DNA of 64,000 bases from a virus (lineage: Duplodnaviria > Caudoviricetes), in the IMG/VR virus record IMGVR_UViG_3300042196_000418. One strand, written 5' to 3'. The notes beneath the pieces were generated by a model. The model had not been told where the DNA came from, made no database searches, and was given only the letters and a program-made list of their open reading frames with translations. Positions 57,436-64,000 of the stretch are shown here, piece by piece; within the stretch, counting starts at the first letter, position 1, and each line of letters starts with the position of its first letter. Both the position numbers and the translations under genes were made by a program.

Positions 57436-57936
57436 TCAATCGTCGGTGTTCATGGCGTCATCGACAGACAAAAAGCCCCGACGAACGGATTCCGCGACGT
57501 CCTCGTCACGCCCTTTGGACATTCCGGTGCGGCGGACGTTGTCAGCAAACTTCCGCAGCTCTTCGTCGCGGAGCGACTCCCCGATCTCACGATCAAGCTC
57601 GGCAGCACTCTTCGCAGAGGGCTTGCAGGCGCCCGGCACATACTGCTGGCGTGAGCGACATCGCGAACGATGCCCGAGCTTGCCGGCATCAACTCCGTGC
57701 TTGGTCAGCTTACTGAGCCAGTTCGCTGCTCCACATTCTTTGCATTCGATCCAGGTGTCACCGTCTGGCGCAGGTTCGATCAACAGCTGATCGACCGGGT
57801 TCCCAGCCTCATGACCGACACACTCCGCATGTACTGCGGGCTTCCCTTTTTCATAGGCGATCGCTCTGCCAGGCTTGATCCTTTGGGAGCACGCTGGACA
57901 GGTCGACTCGAACTTTGCCGTGATGATTTTGGGCAT
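57436..57936 (-). CDS. Zinc-finger protein with internal AELDREI motif
   Basis: CPAC...HAEC, CKEC...H...C and KSAAELDREIGESL. Confidence 0.7.
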   Translation of the reverse strand: MPKIITAKFESTCPACSQRIKPGRAIAYEKGKPAVHAECVGHEAGNPVDQLLIEPAPDGDTWIECKECGAANWLSKLTKHGVDAGKLGHRSRCRSRQQYVPGACKPSAKSAAELDREIGESLRDEELRKFADNVRRTGMSKGRDEDVAESVRRGFLSVDDAMNTDD

Positions 57937-58215
57937 CTTTGCCGGTGTGCTCTCGTCCCCCGAGTCTCGCTCAAATCCCGCAGAGCTGGAAGATTTCGTC
58001 CTGCACCTTGCGCTGCTCGTCAGAGGTCCAGTCGCGCCAGTCCATCAGCTTGTGCCCGTAGCCCTGAGGGTAGCGACGTCGAAAACCGCTTTCCCAGCAC
58101 ACCTCATACTGCCGCGGTCCCTCGCGTGTCACGACACCGATCCGTAGGCGAATCATGCTAGCGCCCTCGTTGACCAGCTCCTGTACGTATTGCCCGCGCG
58201 TCCGCTTCGTATCCG

Positions 58216-58770
58216 TCATAGCAACGACAGTTGCTCCACGATCTCTGCGGCCCTCTCTGCCGGACGAAGCGCCATCCACAGCACGCCCAGCGTATTCGTA
58301 CCGTGCCACGTCCCATCCGCCTGCCGCGCAGCGCCCCAGAACAAACCAGATTCGTTCGCCCTCGCAGTACAGTCCTCCACGATACGGCGGTTTCCCGTCG
58401 CGCGCAGGGCCTCCAATAACAGCGGATGCTGTTCCAGCTTCAGGCCCAAGATCACGCGCATGTTGGAGATGTCCTGCTCGGAGCGCGGCTGCACGATCAT
58501 CTCGCGTGCATGCTCTTTCGCGATCCTCTTCACCATCATGGGACTCGTCGCAGCCATGATCAGCTTCCTGACCTCGGAGGTGTCAGGGAAACGCTGCGCT
58601 TGGAACGCATGTTCCGCGGTGCGCCAGAGCCCCACCGGATGCGGCGACATGTTGCCGAGCCATCCGTAGGGCTCACGTACCTTTCTGATCACGATGTCGT
58701 CGGTCACGAAACGGGCGCCAGCTCCGAAAGCGGAAAGATCCACGGGCCGCGCCCGATCCGTTTGGTACAT
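58216..58770 (-). CDS. NADAR (YbiA-like) family protein
   Basis: LGNMS, TAEHAFQAQRF, KLEQHP, TGNRRIVE, FWG and GTNTLG. Confidence 0.9.
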   Translation of the reverse strand: MYQTDRARPVDLSAFGAGARFVTDDIVIRKVREPYGWLGNMSPHPVGLWRTAEHAFQAQRFPDTSEVRKLIMAATSPMMVKRIAKEHAREMIVQPRSEQDISNMRVILGLKLEQHPLLLEALRATGNRRIVEDCTARANESGLFWGAARQADGTWHGTNTLGVLWMALRPAERAAEIVEQLSLL

Positions 58771-59507
58771 TCCATGCCTATCCAGTTAGCGCCCGCTGTG
58801 CGCCTTTTCAATGACTGCGTACCCAAGTGCCTGGAGCAGCCTAGGCATCTGCGTGCCAGTTGGCACTTCGATCGTCTTGTAAATGCTGTCAGTAGACGAC
58901 GGAAGCGCGATTCTTCGTCGTGCATCCTTAACGCAATCACCGTCCCATTCAAGCGTGACGCCGACTCGTCGTCCCGCTGCGGTAATCAATGTCGCCAGAG
59001 TGAAGGAACTTTGGTTACTCATTGTAGGCGTCCGTGCCGACGATCCGCTCGATCGCCGCCACCGCACCGTCCGGAAGCATCACGATGTCGCCCGGCCGTA
59101 ACGGATCGTGCTCCTCGCGCGGAGCGAACGTCCTTGGTGTCGCCGCCACGGGTTTCTTCTTCGAGCATGCTTTTCGGGTCACGAGCCCTCTCCACTGCCG
59201 GCCAGCTCCAGCTCCGCATGCACGTACCGCGTCAGCTCGCGCTCGATCGTACCATCCGAGAGGATGGTCGCCGCAAGATCGCCGGTCTTGACGGCGAGTC
59301 GCTCCTGGATCACCGCGCACGCGGCGTCGACGGCACGTTCGACCAGCGCCTCGATCGCGACCTTGCACGTCTGAATCGCGTGCTGTCCGACGTGCCCATG
59401 ATCGCCGCGGAACGAGCGGAGAGCGTTGGACCACGTCGCACTGTCGATGAGGCCGCGGGTATAGAGCACCTGGATCTGGGACTGAGTGAGCGGGGCAGCT
59501 TCCTTCG

Positions 59508-60851
59508 TCACGACACGACCTCCTTCGACAAGATCTTCGACGTCTTCATCTTCTGCGCCTTGCGCGCGGTCTTCTTCGCGAGCGCCTCAGCCTTCGCCGC
59601 ATTCATGGCCATCAGCTCCGCGTAACGGGCGATGATCGAGGCGGCATCGGTGTATTTCACTTCGAGCCCCAGCAACGCCGCGACTGCGAGACGAACCTTG
59701 GCCAACAGATCCGCCTCGTCCGCCGTGGGCATGACCGTCGGCCAGCCCTCGGTATAAAGCAAGTGCTTCGGGATGCGAGCCTCGATCTGCTCACGTGCAC
59801 GAGCACGCTGCTTAGCGGCGGCGATCGCAGCCGCCGTCTCCTCGTCGAGCAACTGCGGGGCAATGTCAGCGAGCCACGACGAGCCCTGGAACGCGAAGGT
59901 CGACGCGATCTCCAGCGCGACCATCGTGCGGAACACCGGTACGTTGTCCTCGCACGTCGTAGACGCGACCAGGTCCGAACGCTGCGCCATAATGCAGTAC
60001 CGACACGAGATCCGACTCATGCCGTAAACCGTGTAGCCCTCGTGGAGATCGAAGCCGCGCGCTGCGCAGAACGCATAGACATCGCGATCGGTCCACTCGG
60101 CGATCGGGTTCCAGTCGAGGCCCGTGGTGCAGGAGCCCTTGTGCTCAAGGCGCTTGTTGCGCTGCGCCGTCTTGGCGCCGCTACGCTGGCGACTCTCCGC
60201 GCGGCGGATGCCAGCGGCCGAAATGATCGTCTGACCAGGAAACCGCTTGACGAGCGCGGCGGCGATCGGCGCACTCTTGAGTTCTGACGTGCAGAACCGC
60301 ATCGAGGGCGTCGACCAGGGGAGGATGACCTTGACGCATTCGAGATTCGCGTAACGGCGACGGTTGTTCGACCAGCGGCCCTGCCAGCGCTTCATCATGC
60401 CGCCGGCTGCACGACGCACGACAATCAGCTCGACGCCGAGCCGGTCTGCGAGGCGCTGACACGTCGGCAGCGAGTCGGTCCATTCGACGCTCAGCTCCGG
60501 GCGCTCGTCGCCGAGGTCGGCGTGTACGAGGATGCGCGGACCGGTGTGGCCGATCGTGTCCAGGTACTCGATCGTCGCAAGGGCGGCGGCGCAGGAATCC
60601 TTGCCGCCGGACACACCGATCGCGACCGGAGCGTTCGCGGCCAGCGCCGCGGCCAAATCGGAGATCGCCGCGATCTCGACCTTGGCCTCCTTGCACTTGG
60701 CAGCTGACGTCGATCGCGCCGCGATCAATGCTTCGAGCTTCGCGATCCGCTCCGAGAGCGACTCGACACCGCGGTCGATGCGACCGGGGAGCCCGAGCGA
60801 AACAAGCTTCTGACCTGGGCTGCATGCCGACATTTGAACCTTCGACATCAT
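59508..60851 (-). CDS. PAPS-reductase-family protein 3 (phage type)
   Basis: VSGGKDS, CTSELK, GIRRAESRQR, PIAEW and RISCRYCI. Confidence 0.9.
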   Translation of the reverse strand: MMSKVQMSACSPGQKLVSLGLPGRIDRGVESLSERIAKLEALIAARSTSAAKCKEAKVEIAAISDLAAALAANAPVAIGVSGGKDSCAAALATIEYLDTIGHTGPRILVHADLGDERPELSVEWTDSLPTCQRLADRLGVELIVVRRAAGGMMKRWQGRWSNNRRRYANLECVKVILPWSTPSMRFCTSELKSAPIAAALVKRFPGQTIISAAGIRRAESRQRSGAKTAQRNKRLEHKGSCTTGLDWNPIAEWTDRDVYAFCAARGFDLHEGYTVYGMSRISCRYCIMAQRSDLVASTTCEDNVPVFRTMVALEIASTFAFQGSSWLADIAPQLLDEETAAAIAAAKQRARAREQIEARIPKHLLYTEGWPTVMPTADEADLLAKVRLAVAALLGLEVKYTDAASIIARYAELMAMNAAKAEALAKKTARKAQKMKTSKILSKEVVS

Positions 60852-60863
60852 GTCCCTCAACTA

Positions 60864-61058
60864 TCCACGCGCGGTGCCAGCGTGAGTACGAGCCTAAGCC
60901 ACTGATCTGACACCGAGGTAGCGCCGCACCCACCCGAGCTCGTGGCGAGCCGGATTCTGGGTAGCTCTCTACCCGTGTCTTGAGCACGCCAATCAGCACT
61001 GCGGCCAAACGGCTTGACGCGAGCTTAGCTTCGGATCACGTCCGGCACGCCGCGAGCA
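60864..61058. promoter_or_regulatory. Divergent control region: sigma54-like boxes and palindromes
   Basis: TGGCACCgcgcgtGGa (-, 60879-60864); cGGCACGccgcgaGCa (+, 61043-61058); palindromes at 60959-60974 and degenerate 60916-60931. Confidence 0.7.
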
Positions 61059-61070
61059 GGAGACGTTGGC

Positions 61071-61364
61071 ATGCAGAACGTTGATCTCGCTGCCACGCTC
61101 GCTCGCCTCAAGGAAACCGCCACCGCGCAGGTCGCCCAGTATCCGCAGTACAGGAACCACTTCACACCCTACCGGCTCGTGCGCATCAAGGGCGACGTCA
61201 AAACGAAGGCGGGCCTGGCGTTCGCGCGCGGAGAATTCGCGATCGCAACCGAGAAGAAGGACGAGCTGCCCGGCCTTCCGTCCAGCGGCAAGTTCGTCAC
61301 CGTGTGGTCGCGTCGCAACAAGATCGACACCAGCGTCCGCGTGACGGACGTGGAGTGGCTGTAA
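61071..61364 (+). CDS. Hypothetical protein, operon head
   Basis: ATG 14 nt after the sigma54-like box. Confidence 0.65.
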   Translation: MQNVDLAATLARLKETATAQVAQYPQYRNHFTPYRLVRIKGDVKTKAGLAFARGEFAIATEKKDELPGLPSSGKFVTVWSRRNKIDTSVRVTDVEWL

Positions 61365-62249
61365 TGCTGATGCTCAGGCTCGCGACCAAGCCCGGCCAGC
61401 GCGTCAGCGGTGCAGCCGACGTGTACTACGTCAGCGAGCGCCGCGGCGAGTTCGTGCTCCAGAGTCACGACCTCGCACCGCGCAGCTACGCGTCCCTCGA
61501 CAAGCTCGCGCACACCCTCGGCGGGATCGTTCCCTGGGAGCAATGGTCGGACGAAGCGCAGACCCAGCTCGATCACCTCAAACTTCGCGGAGCCTTCTAG
61601 GATGCTGATCCCGACCGTCCACTTGAACGGTACCGCGGGAGAGGTCCTGCGCGACCAGTACGCCGAGGCGGCCGAGGCCGTCCGCAAGGCGATCGACGCC
61701 GTGTGCGACGCCGGTCCCAACGCGCGCGACTACTACGTGCAGGGCCCGGACGCCGGGCTCACCGCGCAGCGCGAGCACGAGGCCCGCGTCAAGGCACTCA
61801 AGACCGTGCGCGATGAACTCGCCGCGATCACGGAAGGCATCCAGGATCAGATCGACACCAAGGAAGCTTCGCGGAGGAGCCGATGAAGGAGCCTGCGTGG
61901 GATGCCGGCCAGGTGAAGATGTTCGCCAAGCAGATCGCGACGTCCGACGAAGATCAGGCATGGTGGTCCTTCCACTCGAAGATTCGCAACGCGGCCGTGA
62001 CGCTGCAAGAGCTTCTTGCAACGCAGCGCGATCTCGTGCCATGACCTTGCTCATGCCCAAGTCCCAGCGGAAGGCCAAGCGCGACGCCCGCGTCGTCACG
62101 TACGTGCGCGTGAAACCAGAAGAGCACGCGCTGATCGCCGAGATCGCCGGAAAGCGTGGCTGGCCGCACACGATCGCCAGCGTCACCGCCGAGATGATCA
62201 CGCGCGGCCTCAAGGCCGAAGCAGACACCAGCCCGGCCGAAGTTCGCTC

Positions 62250-62648
62250 ATGAGCAGCCGCAAGAACCCCAAGAAACTCGTCGTCTCGTACAACGTCACC
62301 GATCTCTCCAAGGACGAGATCGGTCAGCTCGCACAGGAAGCGCAAATGCAAAACGAAGCGTCCGATGGTATGGGCGGTAAACACTTCGATGGCAAGACGG
62401 GACACCCCGACGTGCCTGTACTCGACACGCGCGTCGTCAAGCGTGGCAAGAGCCAGTACCTCGTCGTCGAGTTCGACGTTACCGGCCTCACCAAGACCGC
62501 GATCGGTCACCTCGCGAGTGAAGCAGAAGTGCAGGCTGAAGCGTCCGACGCCGAGGAGTGGGTGAACGATCCATCGTTGAATACCCCGGGTCATCCCAAT
62601 GTCGCCGTCACGAGCAAGGTCGTCTCTCGCGCGAAAAGGTCCCGGTGA
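62250..62648 (+). CDS. Hypothetical protein with internal domain duplication
   Basis: LVV...VT.L.K..IG.LA.EA..Q.EASD...GHP.V occurs twice. Confidence 0.7.
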   Translation: MSSRKNPKKLVVSYNVTDLSKDEIGQLAQEAQMQNEASDGMGGKHFDGKTGHPDVPVLDTRVVKRGKSQYLVVEFDVTGLTKTAIGHLASEAEVQAEASDAEEWVNDPSLNTPGHPNVAVTSKVVSRAKRSR

Positions 62649-63289
62649 CCAAGACCAAGACCAAACGATCCGAGCGTTGCTGCCGTATGCCGAACGGCAT
62701 GCACGCGAAGAGTTGCGCGACCTGGAAAGCAAAACAGGCGTTCGACACGCGACGTGCAGCCAATGAGGCGGTTGGCATGGAAGTCTGCATGGTCGTCGTC
62801 GGTTACGTATCTGGCCGCGATCCGTTCAGATTGATCGGGCGCGTCTCTGCCGATACCGGCAATGATGCGATGCCTGATCCTCCGCTCACGATGGAGGAAA
62901 TGCAGCCCGTCGCGTTCGCCGCAAAGATGGCGCTCGCGAAGGTACTCATCGCCCGTCGAAAGCGCGGCAATGGGTGACAACCGGCTTGAAGACATCCGTG
63001 GACAAGCGGGGATTCCGGTGGTCACCACCTCCGGGAACCACATGGTCTTCTCGTGCCCCAAAGCCACGACGAGACCTCTTCCCGTGATCACGGGTCCCGT
63101 GACCGTGACGTTCAAGTGCGCACACACCATGGCCGACCTGGCCATAGGCCCCGTCACGGTGATCGATCAACAGGGCTACGACGCCAGCGACGAAACGTCC
63201 GTAGGTCGTTACGGCCTCGGCTGGGTAACCCGGCACGTCGCTGGTGAGATCGCGAAACACTACGGCGTCGCACTGAAGGAGTTCTAGTC

Positions 63290-63808
63290 ATGCCGAACAC
63301 GACCGTCGTCCTCAACGAGCAGCTCGCGACCGTCGAGAAGCGAGCCACGTCAGGCCCGCAACTCTCGGGCTCCGAGCGCGCGGAGTACAACCGCATCGAC
63401 AACCGGATCAGCCGCGCGACGGCTGACCTGCGGCGCGCAAAGAAGCGCGGCGACAAGAAGAAAGCGGCCAGCGCGGAGCGTGCACTCGCCAACGCCAACG
63501 CCATGCGCGACGAGTTCTTGGCACCCAAGGTCGGCCATTTGTGGGCACCGACGCGGATCATCGCCAAGTTCGAGGGTCACTGGCACGGGCAAACTGGTTC
63601 CGGCGTGCACCGTCACGAGTGCGAAATGGTCCTCGATCACAAGGATCTCTCTGGCCCGAACTACCGCACTGTGCGCGTGCTCAAAGACGAAGGCGGACCG
63701 CCCACCAACGCGCGTTCAGCGCCCGACGTGATGGGAGTGTCGTGGCTCTACCTCGGAGAACAGATCGAGCGCGGACAGATCATCGAGGTCGAAGGAGCAT
63801 CCTCGTGA
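63290..63808 (+). CDS. Hypothetical protein
   Basis: Clean ORF in a coupled run. Confidence 0.55.
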   Translation: MPNTTVVLNEQLATVEKRATSGPQLSGSERAEYNRIDNRISRATADLRRAKKRGDKKKAASAERALANANAMRDEFLAPKVGHLWAPTRIIAKFEGHWHGQTGSGVHRHECEMVLDHKDLSGPNYRTVRVLKDEGGPPTNARSAPDVMGVSWLYLGEQIERGQIIEVEGASS

Positions 63809-64000
63809 AGAAGAAGTCCACGAAGTCTGCGAAGGCGCCACAGACGAAGATCGGCAACGCGCGCAGACGCGCGCTCGTCCGCGAAAAACCGAGCGAGACC
63901 GACGCCGCGGTGGCGGTCGCCCAGGCATGGCTCTCCAAGGCCGGCTTCCACGAAGACCCTGCCGGCGACGATCCCGCCCGCATCGAGATCCAAGGCCCCG

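Noticed and set aside
42704-60851. Sulfate assimilation (cysH) or a complete dnd/ssp operon
   Set aside because: The genes are dispersed with no recognisable cys, dnd or ssp partners.

Overview
GC-rich, very gene-dense DNA. It is made of long runs of short, translationally coupled (ATGA/GTGA-overlapping), mostly hypothetical genes. Orientation: + strand ~1-9.8 kb and 16.5-33.3 kb; - strand ~33.4-51.7 kb and 54.2-60.9 kb; + strand 61-64 kb. There is no rRNA, housekeeping operon, capsid, terminase or integrase in the window. It reads as the accessory region of a very large phage, prophage or phage-like element; a Myxococcota-like host is my inference from the host-type genes and sigma54/Fis features. 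Recognisable products: metallophosphoesterase, Thg1-like 3'-5' polymerase, ART-like protein, aldo/keto reductase, c-type cytochrome lipoprotein, serpin-like protein, SLOG/YpsA, DUF192, DnaJ, YkgJ, a collagen-like protein plus three fibre-like paralogs, DUF488, radical SAM, three PAPS-reductase-like proteins, PTP phosphatase, GNAT, YgjP-like protease and NADAR. Three results stand out. (1) A ~15-aa peptide, K-K-[ST]-x-A-Q-L-D-[RA]-E-I-A-E-A-L, occurs in 13 otherwise unrelated proteins at the N-terminus, C-terminus or internally, and is conserved as protein rather than DNA; it is a candidate portable docking/packaging tag. (2) A repeated promoter architecture: GGGTA-N6-TACCC palindromes, often paired 55 bp apart, upstream of sigma54-like -24/-12 boxes that sit 14-15 nt before start codons. 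(3) A 5,796-bp cargo transposon (16-bp perfect TIRs, 8-bp TSD, SWIM-DDE transposase) inserted between one such palindrome pair.
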